Source: Nitrospirota bacterium (lineage in GTDB: Bacteria; Nitrospirota; Nitrospiria; 2-01-FULL-66-17). Taken from it: a stretch of 64,000 bases of DNA. Positions within the stretch are counted from its first letter, which is position 1. Each line of letters opens with the position of its first letter. The DNA is taken from contig JBMOMD010000043.1 of the NCBI GenBank assembly GCA_049325295.1, positions 11,578-75,577 of the forward strand, given 5' to 3'. The position numbers were made by a program, and so were the translations under genes. Shown one piece after another: positions 28,070 to 38,041 of the stretch. Below the pieces are notes generated by a model. It was given only the letters and a program-made list of their open reading frames with translations. It was not told where the DNA came from and did no database searches.

Positions 28070-28522
28070 TCAGCCCTCGTAGCCGGATTTGATGTAGTCG
28101 GTCGCGGGCTGGATGACGTGTCGCCAGGCGCGTTCGAGTTCCGCGTTGAACTGGCCGTCGAATTCCGACACCGTCTTGATCAAGCTGTCCGTCCAATGCT
28201 GATACAGGTGCGGCGCGATATCGAGTTTGGTCCGTTTGTGGCTCTCGCGAATGCGCGTGAGGGCTTTTTGGCCGATGGGGTTCTGTTCCGCGAACATGAA
28301 GACGGACATCAGGCCGTGCCGGAGCAACTGGATTTGGGCGTTGAGATCCGTGTGCGCGAAGTGCGGCTTCACGTCCAGATGGCTCGCCATGAAGATCTCG
28401 TAAAACCGATTCAGAAAACCGTTCTTGTTCAGGCATCGCGCGTAACTCGATTCCACGGTGCGAAGGACGTTTGAGTTGATCGTGACCTGCTCGTTCAGTG
28501 TCAACGCGGGTTCGGCAGCCAT
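28070..28522 (-). CDS. Globin-like protein (single-domain bacterial globin fold)
   Basis: Helical pattern with a candidate proximal His (MASHLDVKPHFAH...) and ~150 aa length. RBS GAGGGAGG. Family assignment is tentative. Confidence 0.5.
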   Translation of the reverse strand: MAAEPALTLNEQVTINSNVLRTVESSYARCLNKNGFLNRFYEIFMASHLDVKPHFAHTDLNAQIQLLRHGLMSVFMFAEQNPIGQKALTRIRESHKRTKLDIAPHLYQHWTDSLIKTVSEFDGQFNAELERAWRHVIQPATDYIKSGYEG

Positions 28523-28564
28523 GGTCCTCCCTCGGGTGAGTGGGTTCGTATCGCGCGTAGTACG

Positions 28565-28592
28565 AGTATAGAGGACCTTTGTGTGTTGACAA
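28565..28592 (-). promoter_or_regulatory. Minus-strand promoter TTGTCA-N16-TATACT for the globin-like gene
   Basis: Reverse complement of 28565-28592. Confidence 0.45.
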
Positions 28593-28637
28593 TCGTCGGG
28601 ACGCGTCGGATCGATCCCCTACCGCGTGATTCGAGCG

Positions 28638-28669
28638 ACAAAAAGGCCGCCCACGATCAATGAGCGGCC
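28638..28669 (-). terminator. Minus-strand rho-independent terminator: GGCCGC-N13-GCGGCC stem followed by a T5 run on the minus strand
   Basis: Immediately downstream of the CBS gene stop (28689). Confidence 0.55.
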
Positions 28670-28688
28670 TCGAGAAAACGGCGAGGGG

Positions 28689-29072
28689 TTATTGGACGCC
28701 GGAATAGTAGCGCACGATGTCGGAGATGGAGATGATGCCGACGATGGTTTCGTTCTTGGAGACGGCTAAGTGCCGGATGCCGTGTTCCTTCATGAGTTTG
28801 ACGGCCTCGACGATCGGCTCGTTGTCCTCGATCGACACGATCTTCCGGCTCATCACGGCCTTGACCAGGGTGGTGTTGGGGTCGAGGCCTTTGGCCACCG
28901 CGTTGCGGCTCAGGCCCGATTCCGTGATCACGCCCACGTAGCGCCGGTCGTCATCCACGAACAGCAGACCGATTTTGTATTTCTGAAGGAGCTTGCCGGC
29001 GTCCTTGAGCGTGGCGTCCCACCGCACGCTGCGCACCTCTTCGGTCATGTACTCGGCCACCGTGGCCTCCAT
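28689..29072 (-). CDS. CBS domain pair protein
   Basis: Two CBS motifs. Start MEATVAEYMTEEV placed at 29072 (RBS GGAGCGG). The longer ORF to 29168 is rejected. Confidence 0.72.
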   Translation of the reverse strand: MEATVAEYMTEEVRSVRWDATLKDAGKLLQKYKIGLLFVDDDRRYVGVITESGLSRNAVAKGLDPNTTLVKAVMSRKIVSIEDNEPIVEAVKLMKEHGIRHLAVSKNETIVGIISISDIVRYYSGVQ

Positions 29073-29212
29073 CTTCACCGCTCCCTGTGATCTCATGCCG
29101 CTCCTCGCGCTGGACGTGTTGTTGGCTCTGTGGTGCCGCGATGGTCTCGCGAATGGTAAGTGTACCAAATCGCGCGTCGGGATGGCGGAAGGCGGCGCGG
29201 CATCGCGGCGTC

Positions 29213-29241
29213 ATGACAGGTTCGCCGGGCTTGTGATATAA
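29213..29241 (+). promoter_or_regulatory. Promoter TGACAG-N17-TATAAC (TGn extended -10) for tRNA-Arg
   Basis: -10 ends 25 nt before the tRNA 5' end. Confidence 0.45.
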
Positions 29242-29266
29242 CGGCATCGCTATCCCGAGCGCCCTG

Positions 29267-29343
29267 GCCCCCGTAGCTCAGTTGGATAGAGCAGCGGTTT
29301 CCTAAACCGCGTGTCGGCCGTTCAATTCGGCCCGGGGGCACCA
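29267..29343 (+). tRNA. tRNA-Arg (anticodon CCT), CCA encoded
   Basis: Cloverleaf: acceptor GCCCCCG/CGGGGGC, D-arm GCTC...GAGC, anticodon stem GCGGT/ACCGC with loop TTCCTAA, T-arm GGCCG-TTCAATT-CGGCC. 77 nt. Confidence 0.88.
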
Positions 29344-29459
29344 GGCGATCACGTCGTTCCCGACGCGGCGTGCACACGATTGTGCACCGAGGGGCGCGGA
29401 ATTTTCGGGGCGGATGCGTGGTTCATCTTGCAGGCTTGCCGAGGTCAGGGAGGCACAAG

Positions 29460-29792
29460 ATGAGTCACGCCCAATCCGCGGAGCAACGTCCCAACGTTCG
29501 TTTGCCGTTTTCCGGACCGGCCACCATTCGATTCGGCCCGACGTGCCTGACCGGCACGATTCGCGACATCAGTTTTTCGGGGTGTTTCATCGAGGTGCCG
29601 CCGCGCTTGGACATCGGCACCGCCATGAACATCACGTTTTCGTTGGACGAGGACGACACGCAATTCATCATGACCAACGGCCGGATCGTGCGGCGCGCGC
29701 AACACGGGATCGGCGTGCGGTTCTCGTATATCGACGCGCGTACGCCGCGGGTGATCAAAGACTGGATCGAGGCTCGGCGCCCCGCGCCGTGA
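29460..29792 (+). CDS. PilZ domain protein (putative c-di-GMP receptor)
   Basis: RxxxR (RPNVRLP) and D/NxSxxG (IRDISFSGCF) PilZ motifs. RBS GGAGG before the ATG at 29460. Confidence 0.7.
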   Translation: MSHAQSAEQRPNVRLPFSGPATIRFGPTCLTGTIRDISFSGCFIEVPPRLDIGTAMNITFSLDEDDTQFIMTNGRIVRRAQHGIGVRFSYIDARTPRVIKDWIEARRPAP

Positions 29793-29860
29793 CGGCGATG
29801 CCGGTGCTGGTGGAAAGGCGCCGGGTTCGGTCGTCCGATTCCCGGGGCGTGCTCAGTCCG

Positions 29861-30484
29861 ATGGCGGGGAGCGCGCGAGGGGTTCTTCGCCGCGCGTACA
29901 CCCTATGGGCCCCGTTTTATGACGCGGCGGTGGCCGCGGCGGTGGCCGACAGCCGTCGCACGAGTTTGGCGGCGATGGGCGACGTGTCCGGGCAGCGGAT
30001 TCTGTTGGTCGGCGCGGGCACCGGGCTCGATATCCCGTGGTTGCGGCCCGGCGCCACGTACGTGGGAGTCGACCTGACTCCCGCGATGCTGCGGCGGGCG
30101 CGCGACAAGTCACAGCGCTATGGCGTTCCGACCGCGCTCTCGGTGGGCGACGCGCTGCGGTTACCGTTTCGCGAGGCCACGTTCGATCGCGTGGTGCTCC
30201 ATTTGATTCTGGCGGTGGTGCCGGACGCGGTCGCCGCGCTGCGTGAAACGGCGCGCGTGGTGCGGCCCGGCGGCACGATCCACATCCTCGACAAGTTTCT
30301 CCGACCCGGGCAACGCGCGCCGATCCGCAGATGGCTCAGTCCCGTGCTGGGGCTGTTGGCCACGCGCACCGACGTGGTGTTTGAAGACGTGTTGACCGCC
30401 TGTCCCGGGGTGAGTCTGGTGAGCGACGAACCGGACCTTGCGCGGGGTTGGTTCCGGCGCATCGTGCTCAAACGCCCGCGCTGA
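29861..30484 (+). CDS. Class I SAM-dependent methyltransferase
   Basis: Motif I ILLVGAGTGLD. Start could alternatively be ATG 29799. Confidence 0.72.
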   Translation: MAGSARGVLRRAYTLWAPFYDAAVAAAVADSRRTSLAAMGDVSGQRILLVGAGTGLDIPWLRPGATYVGVDLTPAMLRRARDKSQRYGVPTALSVGDALRLPFREATFDRVVLHLILAVVPDAVAALRETARVVRPGGTIHILDKFLRPGQRAPIRRWLSPVLGLLATRTDVVFEDVLTACPGVSLVSDEPDLARGWFRRIVLKRPR

Positions 30485-30510
30485 CGGCCCCGGCCCGAGC
30501 TGGCAACCCG

Positions 30511-31677
30511 CTAGCGCGCCCGCAACGCGTCCACGATCCGAAGCCGCCCGGCCCGCATCGCGGGGAGCACCCCGCCCAGGAATCCCATCAACAGCGCGAA
30601 CGCCAGCGACTGCGCGACCACCATCGGGGACAACGCGAATCCGAACGCGATTTCCGTGAACGTCGAAAAGTTCACGGCGGAGATGTGCACGAAGCTGAGG
30701 AACCAAGCCGCGCCGAGTCCCGCCGCGCCGCCGAGCAGCGAGAGAGCGAGGGCCTCGACCACGAACGCCGACCAGACGGCGCCGCGACCGAACCCCAGCG
30801 CGCGCAGGGTCCCGATTTCCGACGTGCGATTGGACACCGCGGCGTACATGGTGATCATCGCGCCGATCATGGCGCCCAGGCTGAAGATCGCGGTGACCAG
30901 CAGCCCCAGGACGCGAATGAAATTCGCGAGCACCTCGGACTGCGCCGCGTAATAGGCGCTCTCGCGCGTCACGTCCACGGTCAGGCGGGGGTCCGCCTCC
31001 AGGCGGGTCTTGAGCGCGTTGAAGGCCCGATCATCGGACACGCGCGCGAGCACGGACGAAAAAATGGTCCGACGAAACGCCTGCATCATCTGATCCGCGT
31101 CGACCCAGATTTCCGAATCGAATCCGGTCCCGCCCGCGTCGAACACACCCACCACGGTCCAGTCCCGCAGCGCGAACCGCAAGGTTTCGCCCAACCCCGC
31201 GCCTTGAAACCGCGAGGCGATCGCGCGGCCCACGATGATTTCCGACGACCCCGGTCGCCACATGCGTCCTTCGACGAGCGTGACCTGCGGTCGCAACGCC
31301 ATGGTCACGGCCGAGGCGCCGCGAATTTGGACGTTCGAGGGTTTTCCGGTGCCGCGTTTGGGCAGGTTGATGATGGAGACGGTTTCAGCTCCGGCGAGGG
31401 CCGCGCCGTCCGCGCCGCGCGCGATCTCGTCCGCGGCGAGCATGATCTGGGCCTGGTCCCGGGCGATGAAACTCTGGGTTTCCGCGGTGGCCGAGCGTCG
31501 CGTGATCAACGCGTTGTCCGGCGAGCCGGTGCTCACCATGGTGCGCTCCAATCCGTGCGCCAACATCAACACCGCGGCGAACACGAACACCACCAACGCC
31601 ATGCCCGCGGCGGTCATCGCCGTGGTCAATCGACGCGATCGCAGGTTGTGCAGGCTGTAACGGAGGGGAACGGCCAT
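30511..31677 (-). CDS. ABC transporter permease (FtsX/MacB-type, 4 TM plus periplasmic domain)
   Basis: Typical N-terminus YSLHNLRSRRLTTAMT and FtsX C-terminal domain. Start placed by arithmetic. The track's 736-aa ORF is a fusion artefact. Confidence 0.8.
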   Translation of the reverse strand: MAVPLRYSLHNLRSRRLTTAMTAAGMALVVFVFAAVLMLAHGLERTMVSTGSPDNALITRRSATAETQSFIARDQAQIMLAADEIARGADGAALAGAETVSIINLPKRGTGKPSNVQIRGASAVTMALRPQVTLVEGRMWRPGSSEIIVGRAIASRFQGAGLGETLRFALRDWTVVGVFDAGGTGFDSEIWVDADQMMQAFRRTIFSSVLARVSDDRAFNALKTRLEADPRLTVDVTRESAYYAAQSEVLANFIRVLGLLVTAIFSLGAMIGAMITMYAAVSNRTSEIGTLRALGFGRGAVWSAFVVEALALSLLGGAAGLGAAWFLSFVHISAVNFSTFTEIAFGFALSPMVVAQSLAFALLMGFLGGVLPAMRAGRLRIVDALRAR

Positions 31678-31679
31678 GG

Positions 31680-32843
31680 TTACCCGATATGCCGGAGACC
31701 GTTGGCGATGGTCGTGCGCGCCACGAACCACGAGGGGATGGCCGCGGCGGCCACGGCCGCCGTCAGGTCCAATCCCGTCGCGAGCGCGAGCGTCACGTTC
31801 GAGACTTCGAACACCGGAAAAAACGGGCCGACTGCGGCGCCGAACGCGCGGGCCAACGGAAACACCGCGGCCACGCCCAGCAAACCGCCCGCCGCCGCGA
31901 GCAAGACGGACTCGCCGTAAATCAACCACGCGAGACGGGACGGGGAAAAGCCCAGCGTCTTCATCACCGCGTATTCCGTGACGCGCTCGCGCACCGACAT
32001 GGACATGGTGTTCGCCAACACGATCAGGATCAATCCCACGATCACGATCGAGATCGCCTGGACCGCGAGCAGGATGGCCTCGGTCATGGAGACAAACCCC
32101 ATTTGGAACTCGCGTTCGGTTTCCGTGAGCGTCTCCGCCAACGAATTCGCGAACAGGGCGTCCACGGCGCGGCTGACCTCGGCGGGGTCGCGGCCGCGGT
32201 CGATCGTGAACATGTAGAACCCGACGTGTCCCGCCGCGTCCGGCAACGTCTGCCGGATGTTCTGCTCCAGGGTGTCCCAATGGAAGAACATCTGCGTTTC
32301 GTCCGCGGTCTTGACCCGGGGATCCGCGGTGTAGATCCCCCGAACCACGAAGTCCCAGTCCCCCGGATAAAACGTGCCGCGCAGGCGCACGATGTCCCCG
32401 AGTTTCCACCCGTACCGATCCGCGAGTTTGCGGCCCACCACCGCGGCGTTGCGTTCGGCCATGAACGCGTCCATCTGGTCGGGCGGGACCTGGTATTCGG
32501 CGAACACGCGAAACCAGGTATCCGCGTCCACGCCGAACTGGGCGAAGAAATTCTTCTCGTCGATGTAGACGCCGCCGAACCAGTTCGCGTACGTGACGTT
32601 CGAAATGCCCGGCACCTGCGCGATGCGGTCGCGGTAGGCCAGGGGAAGGGGAAAGGCGAGCGAGACCGCGTTGCGGGAGACCAGCCGGTTTTGTTGCGAG
32701 GCGTTCACGCCCGCGTACCACGCGTCCACCACGGTGCGGAGCATGGCAAACGCGAGCACGGCGATCGCCAGCCCCACCACCGTGAGCAACGTGCGGAGTT
32801 TGTGGCGGAACGCGTTGGCGACGATCAATCGGATCAGCGGCAC
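31680..32843 (-). CDS. ABC transporter permease (FtsX/MacB-type)
   Basis: Paralog of the previous gene (ANAFRHKLRTLLTVVGLAIAV...). Confidence 0.8.
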   Translation of the reverse strand: MPLIRLIVANAFRHKLRTLLTVVGLAIAVLAFAMLRTVVDAWYAGVNASQQNRLVSRNAVSLAFPLPLAYRDRIAQVPGISNVTYANWFGGVYIDEKNFFAQFGVDADTWFRVFAEYQVPPDQMDAFMAERNAAVVGRKLADRYGWKLGDIVRLRGTFYPGDWDFVVRGIYTADPRVKTADETQMFFHWDTLEQNIRQTLPDAAGHVGFYMFTIDRGRDPAEVSRAVDALFANSLAETLTETEREFQMGFVSMTEAILLAVQAISIVIVGLILIVLANTMSMSVRERVTEYAVMKTLGFSPSRLAWLIYGESVLLAAAGGLLGVAAVFPLARAFGAAVGPFFPVFEVSNVTLALATGLDLTAAVAAAAIPSWFVARTTIANGLRHIG

Positions 32844-32867
32844 GTCAGGGTTCTCGAGCGTCGGCGA

Positions 32868-34121
32868 TCATGACTCGGGACGGCGCACGACCACGCGCGC
32901 GCCGTCCGCCAGTTGTTCGGGCGGGTTGAGCACCACGCGGTCGCCGGACGCCACGGCGCCCCGCACCTCGACCAGTCCGTTGCCGGACGGCCCGGTTTCC
33001 ACGGTCGTGCGCACCGCGCGGTTGTCGCGGACCAGGAACACGGTCTTGCGCCCGTCCTGTTCCGTGATCGCGTCCGGCGGCACGCCGATTCGCGGCGCAT
33101 CCGACGGCGGAGCGGTCGGCGCGTCGGACAGGAACGCGACTTTGACGCTCATTTCCGGCAACACGCGATCGTCAAGGCGTTCGAAGCGGATTTTGGTCAG
33201 CACCGTGGCCTTGGCGCGATCCGCGGTAGGCACGATGGTCTCCACCACGCCGCGGTAGCGGTGTTGCGGGTAGGCATCGAGCGTGATCTCGCAGGGCGAA
33301 CCCAGTCGGACTTGGTCCAGGTGGCGCTCGGAGACGTCGGCCTCGACCATCAGCGAGCGCATGTCCGCGATCCGCACCACCGCGGCGCGCGCGGTGGCCG
33401 ACGACCCGAACGGCGCCACGATCTCGCCCACGTCCGCGTTTTTGGTCAACACGGTGCCGTCGAACGGCGCGCGAATCACGGTGTTGTCGCGCTCCACCAC
33501 CGCGGCGCGCACCGCGGCCTCGGCGGCTTGGACCTGCGCCTCGGCCGAGACCACGCCGGCCCGCGCCGTGGCGTGGCGGGCGGAGGCCGCGTCGAACTCC
33601 GCCTGGGAGATCAATTCGACCTCTCGCAAGCCGCGCTTGCGCTCAAAATCCAGACGCGCTTCGTCGGCGACGGCCCGCGCCTGCGCCGTGGCCGCTTGAG
33701 CCGCGGCGACGCTCGCCTGGGCTTGATGCAGCCGCGCGGTGACGTCCGCGCTCTCGATCAGCGCCAACACTTGTCCGGCGGTCACGCGATCGCCGGGTCC
33801 CACGCGCAGCGCCACGAGCCGGCCGGTGGCTTTGGAGGCCACGTCGGCCTGACGCTGCGCCACCACGTACCCGCTCGCGTGCAGCAGGGGCGCGGCATTG
33901 GTCGCGCCGAGAGTCGTTGCGGTGCCGATGTCCACCGGGATGGGCGACGTGCTCCACGAATACGCGGCCCACGCGCCGACCACCGCGACCGCCACCGCGA
34001 TGCCCCATCCAAAAAACGGGCGTCCCGCCCGCCGCGCCCCTCGCTCGGACGGGCGGTTGATGCGTAGCGCCGAAAGATCAACGGGGCCGCTGTCGGAAGT
34101 GTGTTCTGAATCGGATGACAT
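32868..34121 (-). CDS. HlyD/MacA family periplasmic adaptor (efflux membrane fusion protein)
   Basis: N-terminal TM, coiled-coil region, lipoyl/beta-barrel motifs. Confidence 0.8.
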   Translation of the reverse strand: MSSDSEHTSDSGPVDLSALRINRPSERGARRAGRPFFGWGIAVAVAVVGAWAAYSWSTSPIPVDIGTATTLGATNAAPLLHASGYVVAQRQADVASKATGRLVALRVGPGDRVTAGQVLALIESADVTARLHQAQASVAAAQAATAQARAVADEARLDFERKRGLREVELISQAEFDAASARHATARAGVVSAEAQVQAAEAAVRAAVVERDNTVIRAPFDGTVLTKNADVGEIVAPFGSSATARAAVVRIADMRSLMVEADVSERHLDQVRLGSPCEITLDAYPQHRYRGVVETIVPTADRAKATVLTKIRFERLDDRVLPEMSVKVAFLSDAPTAPPSDAPRIGVPPDAITEQDGRKTVFLVRDNRAVRTTVETGPSGNGLVEVRGAVASGDRVVLNPPEQLADGARVVVRRPES

Positions 34122-34177
34122 GCCGGGCGATTATACCGACTCGGCGGTGCGATGGGGAAGGGGGGATTGTCGCCCGG

Positions 34178-36292
34178 TCAGGCGGCTCTGCGCGACGAAT
34201 CGGTGAGGGCGTCCAGGTCGTCCGGCGGCGGGAGCAGGGGCTCCGGTTTGCCGAGGAAAACTCCCTGAACCAGATAGAGCCCCATCGACTTGACGACTTC
34301 GAGTTCCCCGGCGGTCTCGATGCCTTCAACGATGATGCCGTCGGTTGAACAGTTGCGGAGTCCCACCAACAGGTTCTCCAGAATGCGACGGAACTTCGGC
34401 GAGGTCACGGCCTCGCGCATGGTGGATCGGTCCAATTTGATGTAGTCGGGGATCAGTTGCGCGATGAAGGGGAGGGAGAGAAACCCGGCGCCGAAATCGT
34501 CGATGGCGAATTTGAATCCCGCGTCCCGCCATCGGCGCGTGACCGCGAGATAGTGTTCGATGTGGTGAATCGCTTCCGACTCGGAGATTTCCAGGACGAC
34601 TTCCATGTCCGGCGGTTTGCTCAACCCGCCCAACGCCGCCAACATGTCGAAATCAACATTGACGAACAGCCGCTTGAGCGGGATGCGCGCGGCGGTGCGG
34701 AGTTGCACGTTGAGGCAGAGGCACTTGAACGCGGTGAGCCGGTCGATGGCCGCGTACTTCCGAAAGAGGGCCTCGACGCTCAACCGGCCCTGAGGCTCCC
34801 GCACCAAGGCTTCGTACCCGCGCACTTCACCCAGCCGGGCATCCAGGATCGGCTGGAAGACCACCGCGATCTGACGTTCGTCGAGGGCGTGGTCCTCGTC
34901 TCCGATACGGATCTTTTCTCCGCTTTTTTTGGCGATGTAGAGGGCCCGGTCCGCGAGGCGGAGCAGCCCTTCGATGGTATCTCCGTGCTCCGGGTACAAC
35001 GCGACCCCGATGCTGACATCCAGGTCCGGATAGTCCAGCGCGTCTCGGAGTTTCAGGACCCCGTTACGGACGCGCTCCGCGGCGGTTCGTACGCCGTCAC
35101 GACTGGTCTCGAACACGGTGACCACGAACTCGTCGCCTCCCCACCGGTACACCGCGTCGGACCCGCGCGTGGAGGCCTTGAGATTTTTGGCCACGCGGGT
35201 CAGCAGGTGGTCACCGGCGGGATGGCCGCGCGAATCGTTGTACTTCTTAAAGCCGTCGAGGTCGCACAACATGACCGCAAAGTTCTGATTGGCGGGGTCG
35301 GTTCGGGCAAGATCCGCCTCGACGCGCGCGTGGAAGTGTCGACGATTGAACAGCCCGGTGAGCACGTCGTGACTGGCCTGGACTTCCAGTTCAACGGCTT
35401 GCCGCGCCAGGACTCCTTGGGCTTCCTGTTTTTGGGCGATCTCCGCCTCCAGGGCCTGGTTGAGGGCTTTGGTCCGTTGCTCGGACAAGGTCAGATCCCG
35501 GATGGCGTTACGAAATACCTCGATGGCCTTGGTCATTTCTCCGACCTCATCGGCCCGGTTGAGCCGCGGAATGGGCGCGGTCCAGTCACCGGTTGCCAGG
35601 CGGCCCATGACCCTGATGTTGGCCACAAGATCCCGCGCCACAAAGTGCCCGATGGCGAACGCGAGCAAGACCATACTCAGAATGGCGGCGAGCATGATCA
35701 CGGTAAAACGAGCCAACCAGACGTCGAGCTGCGACCACAACAGATCGAATGACGCATGGTGAGTCCCGCGGATGTGATCGAGCGCGAGCATAAACCTGGC
35801 ATTGACCGGGACATACGCCGCGTTCGCCTTGGTCAGGGACGCCTGGGCTAAGGCGAGATCGACCGTGGTCATCTCGACCGCGGTGATCGATGCCTGAAGG
35901 TAGGCCTCCAGTTCATGGCCGAGGACATCGAGGACGATTTGCGTGCCTTGGTCGGTCGATGCGTCCGCCCGGATTTCGTTTAAGCGCGGCAACGACGCGT
36001 GGATCTCCTCCAAGAGGCGCTTGCCGCGATCATAGAGGGCCGGCTTGTCTTGAATCGTGGCTGCGTTCGCCAGCAGATTGAACACCTGGACATGGTTTGA
36101 GGACACGCTGAAATAGATGCCTTCCACGGCTTCTTCAAGGATGGTATACCTGTGAAGGCTGTCGGTAATCCGCTCCTTGTAGGCGCGAAACGCGGCGATC
36201 ACCATGATCGACGCGACGGCCAAAACTCCCGCCACCACGATGGGAGCGACCAAGAACTTGGTCCGGATCCCAAGGTTTCGAAACAGGTTCAT
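34178..36292 (-). CDS. Membrane sensor diguanylate cyclase/phosphodiesterase (periplasmic sensor-HAMP-GGDEF-EAL)
   Basis: GGDEF (RWGGDEFVV) and EAL (EISESEAI) motifs. Two TM segments flank a ~280 aa periplasmic region. Confidence 0.85.
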   Translation of the reverse strand: MNLFRNLGIRTKFLVAPIVVAGVLAVASIMVIAAFRAYKERITDSLHRYTILEEAVEGIYFSVSSNHVQVFNLLANAATIQDKPALYDRGKRLLEEIHASLPRLNEIRADASTDQGTQIVLDVLGHELEAYLQASITAVEMTTVDLALAQASLTKANAAYVPVNARFMLALDHIRGTHHASFDLLWSQLDVWLARFTVIMLAAILSMVLLAFAIGHFVARDLVANIRVMGRLATGDWTAPIPRLNRADEVGEMTKAIEVFRNAIRDLTLSEQRTKALNQALEAEIAQKQEAQGVLARQAVELEVQASHDVLTGLFNRRHFHARVEADLARTDPANQNFAVMLCDLDGFKKYNDSRGHPAGDHLLTRVAKNLKASTRGSDAVYRWGGDEFVVTVFETSRDGVRTAAERVRNGVLKLRDALDYPDLDVSIGVALYPEHGDTIEGLLRLADRALYIAKKSGEKIRIGDEDHALDERQIAVVFQPILDARLGEVRGYEALVREPQGRLSVEALFRKYAAIDRLTAFKCLCLNVQLRTAARIPLKRLFVNVDFDMLAALGGLSKPPDMEVVLEISESEAIHHIEHYLAVTRRWRDAGFKFAIDDFGAGFLSLPFIAQLIPDYIKLDRSTMREAVTSPKFRRILENLLVGLRNCSTDGIIVEGIETAGELEVVKSMGLYLVQGVFLGKPEPLLPPPDDLDALTDSSRRAA

Positions 36293-36361
36293 GACGTAAA
36301 TCTCGCGCGCGCGGTCGTTCGCAAGACGCCGTGATGATTCCGCCTCCCGATGCGCGAGAGC

Positions 36362-37009
36362 CTACCGTTCACGCGGCAGCTCCGCCCATTGCTCCGGCAA
36401 GACCTTTGCGACGAACGAAAAACCCGCGGCATCGTCGGGTCGAACCACGATCGCAACACCCTCCGGGTCCGGCCAGATCCCGGCGGCTTCCTGCAGGTTC
36501 GCGGTGTGGGAGACGAGCACGGTATTGGTTCCCGGCGGAGGGGGCTCGCCGAGTCGCTTGCGCAGCGCCTCCGCGGACCGTGCCGTTTCGGAACGTGATT
36601 GGCTGATGGCCGATCTCAGATCGTCGGAAACCGACACGTCGCCGAACGCCAATCGACCGGTCTCAATACAGCGACAGTACGGACTGCTCTCGACCCGGGC
36701 GACCGGAATTCCGAGCGCCTTGAACGCCCGGCCGATGGCGTGCGCCTGGTCCCGGCCCTTGTCGGACAGGTTTCGCTGTTCGGCGCAATTCTCCAAATTC
36801 TCGCGGTCGCTGTCGCCGCGGGAGTGGTCCGTGGCCGCATGGCGCAGATAAATCACGTGCCCTCCGTTACGCAGCGCCCGAACCAGCTCGGCTCCGTGCA
36901 GTCCGGTCTGCTCAAGGCCTGAGGGCTCGGCCGCTTCGACAGGCGCGGCCACGACCGCCAGCGAGACGGCCAACCACGCGACGATTACGTAGCGTGCGCG
37001 CATATTCAT
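36362..37009 (-). CDS. Histidine phosphatase family protein (secreted)
   Basis: RHA catalytic motif VIYLRHAATDHSRGD with a signal peptide. The start is uncertain (37009 or 37036). The track start at 37084 would run into the C/G palindrome. Confidence 0.6.
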   Translation of the reverse strand: MNMRARYVIVAWLAVSLAVVAAPVEAAEPSGLEQTGLHGAELVRALRNGGHVIYLRHAATDHSRGDSDRENLENCAEQRNLSDKGRDQAHAIGRAFKALGIPVARVESSPYCRCIETGRLAFGDVSVSDDLRSAISQSRSETARSAEALRKRLGEPPPPGTNTVLVSHTANLQEAAGIWPDPEGVAIVVRPDDAAGFSFVAKVLPEQWAELPRER

Positions 37010-37072
37010 CCCGAGCCAAGTTACTAAGGAGTCCATAAGTTTGGCGACGGGATGCATCCCTGCGCCCGCCTG

Positions 37073-37117
37073 AAATCCCCCCATCCCCCTTTGGCAAAGG
37101 GGGGCACGGGGGGATTT
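37073..37117. repeat. Nested palindrome built from C6/G6 and C5/G5 homopolymer runs: AAATCCCCCC-at-CCCCCTTTG-g-CAAAGGGGG-gcac-GGGGGGATTT
   Basis: 10-bp outer and 9-bp inner stems. Lies in the divergent region between the phosphatase and pyrR. Confidence 0.6.
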
Positions 37118-37328
37118 GCCTTGCGCGCCAGAACGAGTGTGGTCTTCATTCCGGACTCCGTAGTATGTGCCGAGTACTCATTCGTGGTGCATCCCTGCAG
37201 TCGGATCGAAGTGTCGCCCCTGCCGATGCGGAGGTCTCACGTGGGCCCCGGAAAAGATACACGATTTTCGCGCCCCGTCATTGTTACCGGCGCCAGAGTT
37301 GCTGGCCGATCAATCCGGTCGGGGACGC

Positions 37329-37358
37329 TTGACACGGATCGGCCGGTTCGCGTACAGT
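37329..37358 (+). promoter_or_regulatory. pyr operon promoter TTGACA-N18-TACAGT
   Basis: Consensus -35 and a good -10, 108 nt upstream of pyrR. The leader contains GAGGCTAGAAAGGA (37386-37399), which weakly resembles a PyrR-binding loop. Confidence 0.55.
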
Positions 37359-37393
37359 CCGCTTGCCTTTAATGGCTAGCCCCGCGAGGCTAG

Positions 37394-38041
<648 letters not shown>

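Noticed and set aside
29267-30484. tRNA-Arg as an integration site for a genomic island
   Set aside because: No integrase, direct repeat of the tRNA 3' end, or compositional shift lies downstream. The neighbouring genes are ordinary (PilZ, methyltransferase).
30511-32721. Fused mega-ORFs in the track (736 aa at 30511-32721; 729 aa at 56173-58362; 513 aa at 59593-61134; 819 aa at 51645-54104; 642 aa at 7531-9459; 572 aa at 6374-8092; 416 aa at 53507-54757)
   Set aside because: Each is a real gene with a spurious upstream in-frame extension. True starts were placed from family-typical N-termini, RBSs and start-stop overlap logic.
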